DNA from: a virus
Taxonomy: Duplodnaviria; Caudoviricetes
IMG/VR virus record: IMGVR_UViG_3300048923_000295
Span: 1-64,000 of that record
DNA length: 64,000 bases
Direction: 5' to 3' (one strand)
Numbering within the stretch: the stretch's first letter is position 1; each line of letters begins with the position of its first letter. Position numbers and translations under genes: made by a program. Under the pieces are notes generated by a model that was not told the DNA's origin, made no database searches, and saw nothing but the letters and a program-made list of their open reading frames with translations. Shown here in pieces: positions 26,846 to 36,034 of this stretch.

Positions 26846-27187
26846 ATGGCCCAGAAGACCTTCGTCAGCCTGGTCTGCGACATCACCGGGGAGGAGGCTG
26901 CCGAGACGGTGCGATTCAGCCTCGACGGCGCCCAGTACGAGATCGACCTGACCGGGCCGAGGGCGGACGAGCTTCGCGGCGCCCTGGCGCCGTTCATCAC
27001 CGCAGGACGCCGGCAGGGCGCGAAGCCGGCCCGACGTCGCAGTGGCGGCGCGACCGCGCCGAGGGCGACCAGCGGAACCGCGGACGTCCGCGAGTGGGCC
27101 CGCGAACAGGGAATCGAGGTGTCCGACCGGGGCCGGATCTCCCGGGAGATCCTCACCCAGTACGAGGCGGCACAGACCCCCGCCTGA
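26846..27187 (+). CDS. lsr2: Lsr2 nucleoid-associated protein / xenogeneic silencer
   Basis: MAQKTFVSLVCDI, TVRFSLDGAQYEIDL, VREWAREQGIEVSDRGRI. Confidence 0.95.
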   Translation: MAQKTFVSLVCDITGEEAAETVRFSLDGAQYEIDLTGPRADELRGALAPFITAGRRQGAKPARRRSGGATAPRATSGTADVREWAREQGIEVSDRGRISREILTQYEAAQTPA

Positions 27188-27210
27188 CCGGATTGGCCAG
27201 ATCGCGGTTT

Positions 27211-27224
27211 CTACTAATTCGTAG
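27211..27224. promoter_or_regulatory. Operator-like site upstream of the spd-tra module
   Basis: CTACTAATTCGTAG, identical to 2899-2912. Confidence 0.75.
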
Positions 27225-27414
27225 CCGCGTTATCATCGGGCGGCGTGCCGGACTGGTGCGCCGCCCGACACGGTGACTCCAACACCGGGCCGGACGACGA
27301 CTTGCACGTGTCCTAACAGGAGGACCGCGCCGTGCGTCATTTTGCCGTGCCCACGCTTCCGCGCACGTGGTTGGGCGTGTTGCGCCCGACCGTTACCGGT
27401 CTGGTGGCCGTCCG

Positions 27415-27603
27415 ATGAGCCAGGGCGACTTCATCGCGCTTCTGGTCCTGGGCGGAACATTCGGCCTCGCTGGGCTCTACCTGCGGGAGTTCCGCGCGGC
27501 CCTGGTCGTCGGCTTGATCTACGCCGGCGGATACACCGGCCTGCTGATCCTCAAGGCGGGGGGCCCCTGGTTCGAGTTCATCGTCTCCCTCCGAGCCGGC
27601 TGA
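27415..27603 (+). CDS. Small 2-TM membrane protein (Spd-like)
   Basis: Hydrophobic 62 aa. Confidence 0.65.
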   Translation: MSQGDFIALLVLGGTFGLAGLYLREFRAALVVGLIYAGGYTGLLILKAGGPWFEFIVSLRAG

Positions 27604-27606
27604 TCG

Positions 27607-29154
27607 ATGGCCGTCACCCCCGAGGTCATCGCTGCCCGCGCCGAAGCCGCCCTCGTGCTGGCCCAGGCCGACGAGACCCGTGCCGAGACGGCCCGGCGGG
27701 ACGATGCCGCCGCGGCCGAGCGGGCCCGGCTCGCCGAGGAGACCCGCGCCGACATCCGCCGCAAGGACGCCGCAGACCGGGACGCCCGCGCCCAGCGGGA
27801 GCGCGCGGACTGCCGAGCCCGCTGGAAACGCCGCCGCGCCGCCGTTGCCACCGTGCTCGGCCGGATCCGCGGGGACGCCGATGCTGCCGCAGCGATGACC
27901 GTCTACACCGCCGCCGTCGGCACCGCCCTCTACGGCCAGCTCACCGCCGCCCACGACCACGGCCTCCCCGCACCCATCGCGATCGCCGCCGCGGTCGCCC
28001 TGGAAGGCTGGGCGCTCGCCGCTGCCCGCACGGCCCTCCGGCTGCGCCTGGAGCACGGGGAGCGGGCGGTGCTGCCCCGGACGGCAATGGCGGTCGCCGG
28101 CGCCGTCGTCGCCGCGATCAACGTCGCCGGCCACTGGCCGCACGTCGTCACCGTCGATGGCGTCGCCACGCAGTCCGGCAGTCGGGCGACCGCGGTCATC
28201 CTCGGTCTCCTCTCCCTCGGCGCGATCACGATGTGGGAGCTGCGGTCCGGCGCCCGACACCGCCCGGCCCTACGCGCCCGCGGCCTGCTCGCCGAGCCGC
28301 TGCCGTGGCTCGGCCTGCGCTACTGGACCCGTTACCCGCTGCGCGCCTGGTGGGCCCGTTCGGCGTCCATCGCCGCGCCGTCAATCCGGACCCGCGCGGC
28401 AGCAATCCGCGCGGGCGAGCTGCTGCGCGCACTCCGCGCACAGGCCCGCGTCGATGCGCGGAACGCGCGCACGGCCGCGCGGCACCGCGCACAGGTCGCC
28501 CAGCTCGCGCGCGAGGCCGCGCGCGACGCCGCGAAGAAGGGCGCCGTGCAGGAGGCGCTCGCGCAGCTGCGCGCGTTTGCCGCGGCGAACGCGCTGCCCT
28601 TGGCCGCGCAGCCTCGCGCAGCCGTCCGCGCGGACGTGCGCGACGAGCCGGCCGACCCGCGCGAGGCCGCGCAGGAGACCGCGCTGGCCGCGCACCCGGA
28701 CGACGAGCCCGCGCGCCCCGCGCAGGACGACCGCGCGGACGCCGCGCACGACGAGGACCCGTTCGCGCACATCGCGCGCGACCTCGTGCACGTCGACGTC
28801 GACCTCGCACACCTGCGCGAGCCCGCGCGGACCAGCACACCCGTGCTCGCACAGCACGCCGTCGAGTTCGCCGCGCCGCCGCCCGCAGTCGAGCCGGCCC
28901 CGGACGACGACGACCTCACCGATGGCGATGAAGAGGAGCCGGCCGCGCCGGTCGACGACCTCGCCGCCCGCCGCGCGGAGAAGAACGCGGCGCTACGCGA
29001 CGAGGTGCGGGACCTCCTCGACCGGGGCAAGGCCGTATCGTCGCGCGCCCTCGGCCGCCAGTACGGCGTCGCCGAGTCGACCATGCGGGACCGGATCAAG
29101 CCGATCCGCGCGGAGTGGGAGGCGGAGCAGGCGGCCAGAGAGCGCACGGGATGA
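27607..29154 (+). CDS. SpdB-like multi-TM protein with C-terminal HTH
   Basis: Coiled coil, ~4 TM helices, C-terminal AVSSRALGRQYGVAESTMRDRI. Confidence 0.6.
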   Translation: MAVTPEVIAARAEAALVLAQADETRAETARRDDAAAAERARLAEETRADIRRKDAADRDARAQRERADCRARWKRRRAAVATVLGRIRGDADAAAAMTVYTAAVGTALYGQLTAAHDHGLPAPIAIAAAVALEGWALAAARTALRLRLEHGERAVLPRTAMAVAGAVVAAINVAGHWPHVVTVDGVATQSGSRATAVILGLLSLGAITMWELRSGARHRPALRARGLLAEPLPWLGLRYWTRYPLRAWWARSASIAAPSIRTRAAAIRAGELLRALRAQARVDARNARTAARHRAQVAQLAREAARDAAKKGAVQEALAQLRAFAAANALPLAAQPRAAVRADVRDEPADPREAAQETALAAHPDDEPARPAQDDRADAAHDEDPFAHIARDLVHVDVDLAHLREPARTSTPVLAQHAVEFAAPPPAVEPAPDDDDLTDGDEEEPAAPVDDLAARRAEKNAALRDEVRDLLDRGKAVSSRALGRQYGVAESTMRDRIKPIRAEWEAEQAARERTG

Positions 29155-29798
29155 TCCGCGTCGTCGCGCTCCTGGCCGGCGCGCTGTTCCTCCTCAGCTC
29201 GTTCGACGGCCCGACGCCCCGCCGCGCACCCGCGCGCGCGGGGCGTTCCAGTCCGAGCACCCGCGCGATGCTCGCCGGCAGCGCACGAGCATGGCGCGCG
29301 GCCACCCCGGCGGGCCGCCGCTGGCGTGCGCGCCGGCTCGCCGGGAACACCGCCCGCGCACTGCTCTGGCCGCGCGGTCGCGCAGCCGCCGCGCACCCGC
29401 CGCGCGGCCCGCGCGTCGACCTCACCCATCCCGCGCGACGCCGCGCACCATCCGCGCACCACCCGCGCGAATCGCAGCCGGCCGCGCGAGACCCGCACAC
29501 ACCACGAGGCGGAGGACCGTACATGGATCTCGTCAAATTCGCGCAAGCCACGGCCGCCGCCGGCCAGCTCGACCCCCCAGACGGCGGCCTGCCCGGCGTC
29601 CCCGACCAGGCCCGCGCATGGGCGCGCGCCATCGAGACGATCGCCGACGGCTACCTGGCATGGGTCGGGAGTCTCATTGAGGACGTCGGGCTCGCCCAGA
29701 AACCGCTCGAGCCCCTGCTCGACGCTGGCGACCTTCTCGTTGGTCTCGGCCCTGCGGTGGCCGCCGGGGCACAGCAGATCGCGGCTGGCCGGCGATGA
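29151..29798 (+). CDS. Hypothetical transfer-module protein
   Basis: N-terminal hydrophobic segment; coupled to neighbours. Confidence 0.5.
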   Translation: MIRVVALLAGALFLLSSFDGPTPRRAPARAGRSSPSTRAMLAGSARAWRAATPAGRRWRARRLAGNTARALLWPRGRAAAAHPPRGPRVDLTHPARRRAPSAHHPRESQPAARDPHTPRGGGPYMDLVKFAQATAAAGQLDPPDGGLPGVPDQARAWARAIETIADGYLAWVGSLIEDVGLAQKPLEPLLDAGDLLVGLGPAVAAGAQQIAAGRR

Positions 29799-31822
29799 GC
29801 AGCCCGCGCGACCGCGCGTTCGCGCGCGAACTGCGCCGCGCAGAGGGTGCGCGACGTCGCGAGCAGGCCGCGCAGCGCCGCGCGGATCTGCGCGACCGTC
29901 GCGCGGGTGGTGCGCAGCCGCGCGCACGCCCGGACCGTTCGCGCACTGTCGCCCGCGCATCACGCGACCGGCCCGCGCAGAAACCGCGCGAGCGTCGCGC
30001 ACCCGCCGCGCGGGCCCTGCGCGAACCGCGCACGGCCCGCGCAGGCAACCCGCTGCGCCGCGCACGCCGCGCGGCCTACCGCACCCGTCACGCGCTCGCC
30101 CCGGCCTGGTGCGCGGTCGGCGTCGCCCTCGTGGCGTGGGGCCTGCGCGGCCTGCTGCCCGCCTGGCTCGCCGTGTGCGCGGTGCTGCTACTGCTCGCCG
30201 CGGCGGATGTGCGGATCGCGCGGGACTCGCGCACCCTGCGCGCGCACCGCGCGGGCGTTCTGCTCGCGGCGGCCGCCGCGGCGTGGGCCTGCTGGGTGGT
30301 CGTCGCCGGCTTCGGCCAGCTCCAGGCGGTCGCGCTCGCACTCGCGACGCTGGCCATGTGGCCGTCGTGGTGGCGATCCCACCGGGTACGCCGCGCCCGC
30401 GCGGCCAGCCGGTTCGAGCAGGCATGGGCGTGGGCCGCCGCCGACCTCGGCCTCCGCGCCGAACTCCGCGGCACCATCCCGGGCGAGGTGGACGGCCAGT
30501 GGTCCCACCCGGTCGACCTGAACGGGGACACAGTCGACCGGCTCCGCGGGGCGCTCGGCGACCTCGAAGCGGTCCCGGCGCTGCGTCTGCGCCGTGGCGC
30601 GCTCCGCGTCGACGACGTGCCGGCGGACGCCTCCCGGGCGGTGCTCCACGTCGTTGCCGTCGACCCGCTCACCTCCGCCCCGGACGTGCCGGCCGGCGAT
30701 GACGAGGGTATCCCGTGGCCGGGCCCGGACCCGGCCGCCGGCCCGGACGACCCGATCGCCGTGGGCCTGTACGAGGACGGCGGCCCGATCGAACTCGGTC
30801 TAGATCAGCACATCCTCTTGGTTGGCGGCACTGGCGCCGGGAAAGGCACACTCCTCAAGATCCTTATTGGGAACGCTCTAGCTCGCCGCGCGCTGAAGGT
30901 GTGGGGAATCGATTTCAAGGGCGGCCGGCTCCTCACGCCGTGGGGCCGGTGCATCGCCAAGGCCGTGACGAACGCCGACGGCTACGGACCAGGTATCGAA
31001 CAGGCGCGGGCTCTTCTCGCGGGGGCCCTCGCCGAGGTCGACCGCCGCGCCGCCGCCGGTGCGGTGTCCGGCCTCGACGGGCACGTGGCGACGGAGCGGG
31101 ACCCGCACATCATTCTGATCATCGATGAGGCTGAGCGGGTCCTCGACGACCCGGACTGCCTCTATCTGATCAACGAACTGTCGGACGTGGCCCGCTCCGA
31201 ACGGATCACCCTCGTGATCACGGTTAAGCGCCCGACCGCCGACAGCACCCGCGGCGGACGGCTTTCCAGCAACATCAAAACCCGAGTGCTGCTCGGCTCC
31301 CGCGAGAACAAGCAGGATCTTCGGGGCGCTCTGCCTGGCGGCATCACGTTCCCCGTCGAGGTGCTCGACCGGCCGGGGAAGGCAGCGATCTACCGGCACG
31401 GCCAAGCCGCGGCCCGTCCCGGCCGCATCTGGCTGCCCTCCGTCGCCCAGGTCGCCGAGCTCCGCGCCGCCTACGAGCCGGCCGAAACAGCGCCCGCGAT
31501 GTCGACAGACCCCGAAAACACCCCCGAGAACGCCGTTTCGGGAGCTCTGTCGACATCCGAGGCCGCTATCACGACCACCCCGGTGCCGTCGGGGCCGCCG
31601 TCGCCCGCGCTCGCCCTGGAGCTCATCACCGCCACGGGCACCGAGGGCATCCGCGCCAAGGATCTGAAGCCTCTGGGTCAGTGGGGTTCGACCACCACCA
31701 TGTACGAGCACCTCGCCCAGCTCGGCGAGGACGAGGAGAAAGGCCGGGCCGCACAGGTCGTGAGCGTGAATCGCCGCTGGTACGCCGTTGAGCATGCCCC
31801 GGATGGGCCGCGGCCAGCGTGA
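29795..31822 (+). CDS. TraB-like FtsK/SpoIIIE DNA translocase
   Basis: N-terminal TM helices, Walker A GGTGAGKG, IDFKGG, Walker B ILIIDEA, C-terminal wHTH-like segment. Confidence 0.8.
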   Translation: MSSPRDRAFARELRRAEGARRREQAAQRRADLRDRRAGGAQPRARPDRSRTVARASRDRPAQKPRERRAPAARALREPRTARAGNPLRRARRAAYRTRHALAPAWCAVGVALVAWGLRGLLPAWLAVCAVLLLLAAADVRIARDSRTLRAHRAGVLLAAAAAAWACWVVVAGFGQLQAVALALATLAMWPSWWRSHRVRRARAASRFEQAWAWAAADLGLRAELRGTIPGEVDGQWSHPVDLNGDTVDRLRGALGDLEAVPALRLRRGALRVDDVPADASRAVLHVVAVDPLTSAPDVPAGDDEGIPWPGPDPAAGPDDPIAVGLYEDGGPIELGLDQHILLVGGTGAGKGTLLKILIGNALARRALKVWGIDFKGGRLLTPWGRCIAKAVTNADGYGPGIEQARALLAGALAEVDRRAAAGAVSGLDGHVATERDPHIILIIDEAERVLDDPDCLYLINELSDVARSERITLVITVKRPTADSTRGGRLSSNIKTRVLLGSRENKQDLRGALPGGITFPVEVLDRPGKAAIYRHGQAAARPGRIWLPSVAQVAELRAAYEPAETAPAMSTDPENTPENAVSGALSTSEAAITTTPVPSGPPSPALALELITATGTEGIRAKDLKPLGQWGSTTTMYEHLAQLGEDEEKGRAAQVVSVNRRWYAVEHAPDGPRPA

Positions 31823-31843
31823 TCTATGCTAGCCGGCTAGCTT

Positions 31844-32617
31844 ATGATGGAGGCGAGCATGGTTGACCGCGGCGACGGCCGGCACACCTACGAATCGATC
31901 GCGTGGGACATCCGCGGACGGATCGGCCGCGGCGATCTCCGTCCAGGTGACCCGATCCCCAGCCTCCCCGCGATACAGCGGGACTTGAAGGTCTCGAACC
32001 AGACGGCGCAGGCTGCGGTCCGGCTCCTGAAATCGTGGGGGCTGGTCGAGGGGAAGTCGGGGCTTGGGACCTTTGTGCGCGAGCTTCGTCCCATCGTCCA
32101 CGTCATGACGGACATGACCGTTCCCGGTCCCGCCGGGAAGCGGCGCACCTGGCGCGAGATCGTGTCCGAGTACGGCATGGTGGGCGCTCAGCAGGTCACC
32201 GGAGCTGGCCGGACGCCCGCACCTGCGGACGTCGCAGAGGCGCTGGGGATCGCCGCGGAAGCCCCGGTGGCATGGCGCCAGAGGCTCCTCTTGGCCGATG
32301 GTCGCCCCATCATGATCTGCTCCTCGTACTACCCGGACGCCATAGCCGACGTCGTGCCAGCGCTCGCCGAGCCCGCACGGCTGCCCTCCAACGCAATGGA
32401 GTTGATGGCCCGCGTAGGCCACGCAATCGTCCCCGGCGGCCGGGACACCGTCTTCGGCCGCGCCGCGACAGCGGAGGAAGCGGCCCAGCTCGGGGCGCAG
32501 GCCGGCGCGCCGGTCACCGAGACGTTCCGAGTGGCGTATGACGCAGACGGGTTGGTGGTCCTCGTAGAAAGGATGGTCGCGGACGGGCTGCGGCTCCGGC
32601 AGGTCTGGCGGTTCTGA
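31844..32617 (+). CDS. GntR-family regulator with UTRA domain (KorA/TraR-like)
   Basis: YESIAWDIRGRIGRGDLRPGDPIPS...VSNQTAQAAVRLLKSWGLVEGKSGLGTFVR. Confidence 0.9.
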   Translation: MMEASMVDRGDGRHTYESIAWDIRGRIGRGDLRPGDPIPSLPAIQRDLKVSNQTAQAAVRLLKSWGLVEGKSGLGTFVRELRPIVHVMTDMTVPGPAGKRRTWREIVSEYGMVGAQQVTGAGRTPAPADVAEALGIAAEAPVAWRQRLLLADGRPIMICSSYYPDAIADVVPALAEPARLPSNAMELMARVGHAIVPGGRDTVFGRAATAEEAAQLGAQAGAPVTETFRVAYDADGLVVLVERMVADGLRLRQVWRF

Positions 32618-32670
32618 CATGTCGATGCCCCCGGCCCGAGAACGGGACACGGGGGCGGGGGGCTGGACGG

Positions 32671-32892
32671 TCAGGTGTCGGTCGGGATGACGACCGACAC
32701 CGTCCGGATGTGGCTGAGGTGCTGGCCGGTCCGCCGCCCGTCGGCGTCGAGGAAGGCCAGCTGGTAGCGGGTGCTGCCGTTGCAGCGCAGGCACCAGCAG
32801 GCGCCGGCGGCGAGGACCTCGGCCGGGCCGTGGCCCGGGGTGTAGCTGCCGGCGTAGACGACGCGGGCGCCGCGCGGGGCGAGAGCGGACAT
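32671..32892 (-). CDS. Small hypothetical protein
   Basis: AAGGAG RBS; CWCLRC. Confidence 0.55.
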   Translation of the reverse strand: MSALAPRGARVVYAGSYTPGHGPAEVLAAGACWCLRCNGSTRYQLAFLDADGRRTGQHLSHIRTVSVVIPTDT

Positions 32893-32981
32893 GGCGGGCT
32901 CCTTCGGGCTGGTGCGGGGGCGAGGGGTGCGGGGTGCGGGGTGCGGGGGCCCGGCCGGCGGACCGCCAGCCGGGCGGAGGG

Positions 32982-33491
32982 TCAGGCGACCCGGGCCGCC
33001 TTGATCGAGTCCGCCTTCTGCTTCATCGGCACCTCGTCCTCGCGCGCCTCGTAGTCCGCGCGAACCGCGCCCTGGTCCATCACCAGGCCGCCCGGGATGA
33101 ACCGCAGCTCGAACCGGCCGTGACGGCCCGGTCCGGCCGCTTCGAGGATCGGCCGGGCCTGCTTCTTCAGGTCCCGGGCGATCGCCTCCAGTCGCGCCGC
33201 CTCCGCCCACGCCTCCGCGGCGAGCTCGACGTCGGTCAGCTCGGTGAGGTCGGTGACCGGCCTCGGGGCCTTCTTGAACCGGGTGCGCTCCTGGTTCGCC
33301 TTCCGCGCGACCTTGTACGCCTCGACCGAGTCGGCGGAGATCCCGCCGGCCAGGCGGGCAAGCTTCCCGGCCTTCGCGTAGCGGCGGATGGTGGCGACCT
33401 TCAGTCCGCCGAGCTCGGCGGCGGCGGTCTCCACGCTGATCGCGTGGTCGCGGGCCGGCGCGGTGGTGGTGATCTCGGCGGTGATGGTCAT
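32982..33491 (-). CDS. MerR-like HTH protein
   Basis: ISVETAAAELGGLKVATIRRYAKAGKL. Confidence 0.65.
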   Translation of the reverse strand: MTITAEITTTAPARDHAISVETAAAELGGLKVATIRRYAKAGKLARLAGGISADSVEAYKVARKANQERTRFKKAPRPVTDLTELTDVELAAEAWAEAARLEAIARDLKKQARPILEAAGPGRHGRFELRFIPGGLVMDQGAVRADYEAREDEVPMKQKADSIKAARVA

Positions 33492-33611
33492 CGTGGCCCC
33501 CGTGGTGTGGCGTACCGTTCGGTGTGGCCCTACTGTACCCACAAAATGGCCACAGTGGCAATGGGGAAACTCGACGGACCTTGTGGCCCGTCCGTGGGTA
33601 CACTGGGGGGT

Positions 33612-33794
33612 ATGGCAGAGACCGCCCTCAAACGCTTCCGCATCGACAGCGACCAGTGGGACCGCTTCAAAGCGGCCGTCGACAACAGCCCCGACCCCGA
33701 GGCCGACATGTCCAAGGTCCTGCGGCAGTTCGTCCGCTGGTACTGCCGAGAGACAGGCGCCAAGCTCCCCGAGCGTCCGGCGGAGAAGGCGTGA
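33612..33794 (+). CDS. Ribbon-helix-helix protein
   Basis: LKRFRIDSDQWDRFKAAV...DMSKVLRQFVRWY. Confidence 0.7.
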   Translation: MAETALKRFRIDSDQWDRFKAAVDNSPDPEADMSKVLRQFVRWYCRETGAKLPERPAEKA

Positions 33795-34342
33795 CCATCG
33801 CCCTGGCTGGAACGATCACGACCCTGTACCGCATGTATGACGAGGCTGGCACGCTGCTCTACGTGGGCATCAGTAACCGGCCCCTCGACCGCAAGGGCCA
33901 GCACAAGCACGACAAGCCGTGGTGGACCGAAGTAGCGACCATGACCCTGGAGCACTACCCGACGCGCCAGGCAGCAGCGCACGCAGAGGCGATCGCGATA
34001 GCAGGCGAAGCTCCCCGGTACAACAAGGCTGGCACGCCCGACTTCGAGCAGGCACGTCACGCGCCCCGCGCGCGGCTGGTCGCAGAGGCGCCTGTCATCG
34101 CCCGGCTGTTCTCTCATCCCGAGCCGGACACCCGGCACAGGCCGACGGGCCTACTGATGGGCCTCCAGGAGATCGAAAAGAAGCTAGGCGTCTCTCGCCA
34201 ACGGGTCCACCAGCTCACAGACCACCCAAACTTTCCGCCCGCCTATGACGTGATCAAGGCAGGCCGAATCTGGCGCACCGAGGACATCGAGGGCAGGATG
34301 CGCCGCACCGGGCGGACGCCAGCGAAGGAGGGTTCGCAGTGA
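33791..34342 (+). CDS. GIY-YIG nuclease domain fused to AlpA-like HTH
   Basis: TLYRMYDEAGTLLYVGIS..R..H..E..P.YN; LMGLQEIEKKLGVSRQRVHQL..HPNFP. Confidence 0.75.
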   Translation: MTIALAGTITTLYRMYDEAGTLLYVGISNRPLDRKGQHKHDKPWWTEVATMTLEHYPTRQAAAHAEAIAIAGEAPRYNKAGTPDFEQARHAPRARLVAEAPVIARLFSHPEPDTRHRPTGLLMGLQEIEKKLGVSRQRVHQLTDHPNFPPAYDVIKAGRIWRTEDIEGRMRRTGRTPAKEGSQ

Positions 34343-34550
34343 GCGCCGTCGACCGGCACTGAACCCGGCAACGCGAACGGCCCCACACCGACGGGGGACG
34401 CGGTGTGAGGCCGCACGTGCCCTGGCGCGTCGGGTGCGGCTCACCCATGCCGCTGACTCGCCGGCAGGGCTGCCCAGACCCGGGGGCGGAGCACTGGAAC
34501 GGACACCAGCCATGTCGGTGCCGTCCCGACGCGCCAGGAACGAGACCATC

Positions 34551-34564
34551 CTACTAATTCGTTG
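34551..34564. promoter_or_regulatory. Operator-like site
   Basis: CTACTAATTCGTTG. Confidence 0.6.
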
Positions 34565-34588
34565 GTTCGTCGATCGTAGGATGCGGCT

Positions 34589-35269
34589 GTGCCCCCCACG
34601 CAGCTCTCCGCTGAGATCCAGTTGTCTCATCTACTCGGCGAGCTGTACGGCCGGTTCTCTGCCGCCGACGCCCCCGGGAACCTGTCGCTGCTGGATCGGC
34701 TGAGCCTCGCCTGGCGGGAGCGCCTCCTCCCGGCCAGCCGCGAGGGCACCTCCGGCCGCCGACCACCGGGATCCCGCCCGCCGAACCCTGACGGGGCGCT
34801 TCTCGCCCGAGACGAGATCGAACGTCTCGTCGACGACTGGCTCGACGCGCTGGCCCCAGCCGGGACGACCCGCCGTGGAGATCCACTGCTGCTCCCAATA
34901 CTCGTCCAGAGCGCCGACGACCAGCAGGCCGGCGAGCTGCTCACCGACGTGCGGGGGATGCACCGCACCGCTCTACTAGTCCTCGGACTGGAGGAGTACC
35001 CGCGGAACCTCCGCGGCGAGAGCGCGCCGGTGTGTACCCACTGCGACCAGCAGACGATCATGTTCGATCGGAATGCGAACCGCGGGGACCTGTGGTGCGG
35101 TAACGCCGGCTGGGCTGCCAGCGCCTGCCACGACGACGAACACTGGCCGGACTGCCGCGACCCCGAAACGGGGGTCATTCGCTGCCGGCGCTCCGCTCGT
35201 TCCGTGCGCCACCACTACTTCTGGGAGCACTGGCGGTGGCACGAGCTGACCCGGGCGAGGCCGGCATGA
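34589..35269 (+). CDS. Hypothetical protein with C-terminal Zn ribbon (possible late regulator)
   Basis: CTHC...WCGN...C; follows an operator site. Confidence 0.55.
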   Translation: MPPTQLSAEIQLSHLLGELYGRFSAADAPGNLSLLDRLSLAWRERLLPASREGTSGRRPPGSRPPNPDGALLARDEIERLVDDWLDALAPAGTTRRGDPLLLPILVQSADDQQAGELLTDVRGMHRTALLVLGLEEYPRNLRGESAPVCTHCDQQTIMFDRNANRGDLWCGNAGWAASACHDDEHWPDCRDPETGVIRCRRSARSVRHHYFWEHWRWHELTRARPA

Positions 35270-35565
35270 GCACACCAACCGCTCCCGCCGTCACCTGCTG
35301 GGCTCCCGGTGGCCATCTCGAGAACGCCACCGATCCCGGCTGGTGTGTGTCCTGCGGCGCGGCCATCCCACCACCTCCGCCGTGGGAGTGGTGGACGGCT
35401 CGACAGGCGCTCATCGTCCAGGCCGCGGAGACCGCCCGCCGCCGACGGCAGACACGGCTGACCGCCGACCGCATCGCCCGGCTGGGCGCGGCCATCGAAC
35501 GGGCCGCCGACGTGCTAGGCGCGGTGAGCGAGGCCGCGGCGCGCGTCCGCGAGGACCTCCGGTGA
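35266..35565 (+). CDS. Hypothetical protein
   Basis: Coupled; C...H...CVSC. Confidence 0.5.
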   Translation: MSTPTAPAVTCWAPGGHLENATDPGWCVSCGAAIPPPPPWEWWTARQALIVQAAETARRRRQTRLTADRIARLGAAIERAADVLGAVSEAAARVREDLR

Positions 35566-35828
35566 GCCCGCGCGGGACGCTCCGTGTCGACGAGCTGATC
35601 CTCCCGGTCGTCGACATCAGGCTCCGAGCCGGCGAGCTCCACATCATCGCGGTCCGCGTCGGCGTCGGCCCGGCTGCCTCCGGCTGGCCTGTGGTGCATG
35701 GCGTCGACGGCACCCAGATCATCCGCGGCGTCGACCGGATCGACATCCCCGCACGATCCAGCTACGCCCAGACGATCACGGTGGATCTGCCGATCCGCCT
35801 CGGTGCCGATCGGACGGCCATCCGCTGA
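35562..35828 (+). CDS. Hypothetical protein
   Basis: Coupled GTGA/TGATG. Confidence 0.5.
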   Translation: MSPRGTLRVDELILPVVDIRLRAGELHIIAVRVGVGPAASGWPVVHGVDGTQIIRGVDRIDIPARSSYAQTITVDLPIRLGADRTAIR

Positions 35829-36034
35829 TGCCGCCCCTCGCCACGTTCGTGGTCATCATCGTCGAGTGGCTACTCGACCGCCGCCGCGCCGCACGGCTGC
35901 CGGTGGAGGTGTTCCGGGACGTCTGCGCGGTCTGCGGCCACGTCGAGGACCATCCGGATGCGGGAGTGGCACTGGCTCGGATGGCCGTGCACCGCGCCGC
36001 CGACCACACCACACCCACCCTGGAGTCCCGTTGA
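35828..36034 (+). CDS. Small hypothetical protein
   Basis: Coupled; CAVCGH. Confidence 0.5.
   Translation: MPPLATFVVIIVEWLLDRRRAARLPVEVFRDVCAVCGHVEDHPDAGVALARMAVHRAADHTTPTLESR

Noticed and set aside
32911-32950. GGGGTGC x3 tandem repeat as clt or regulatory array
   Set aside because: Short, 7-bp period, in a G-rich spacer; more likely slippage.
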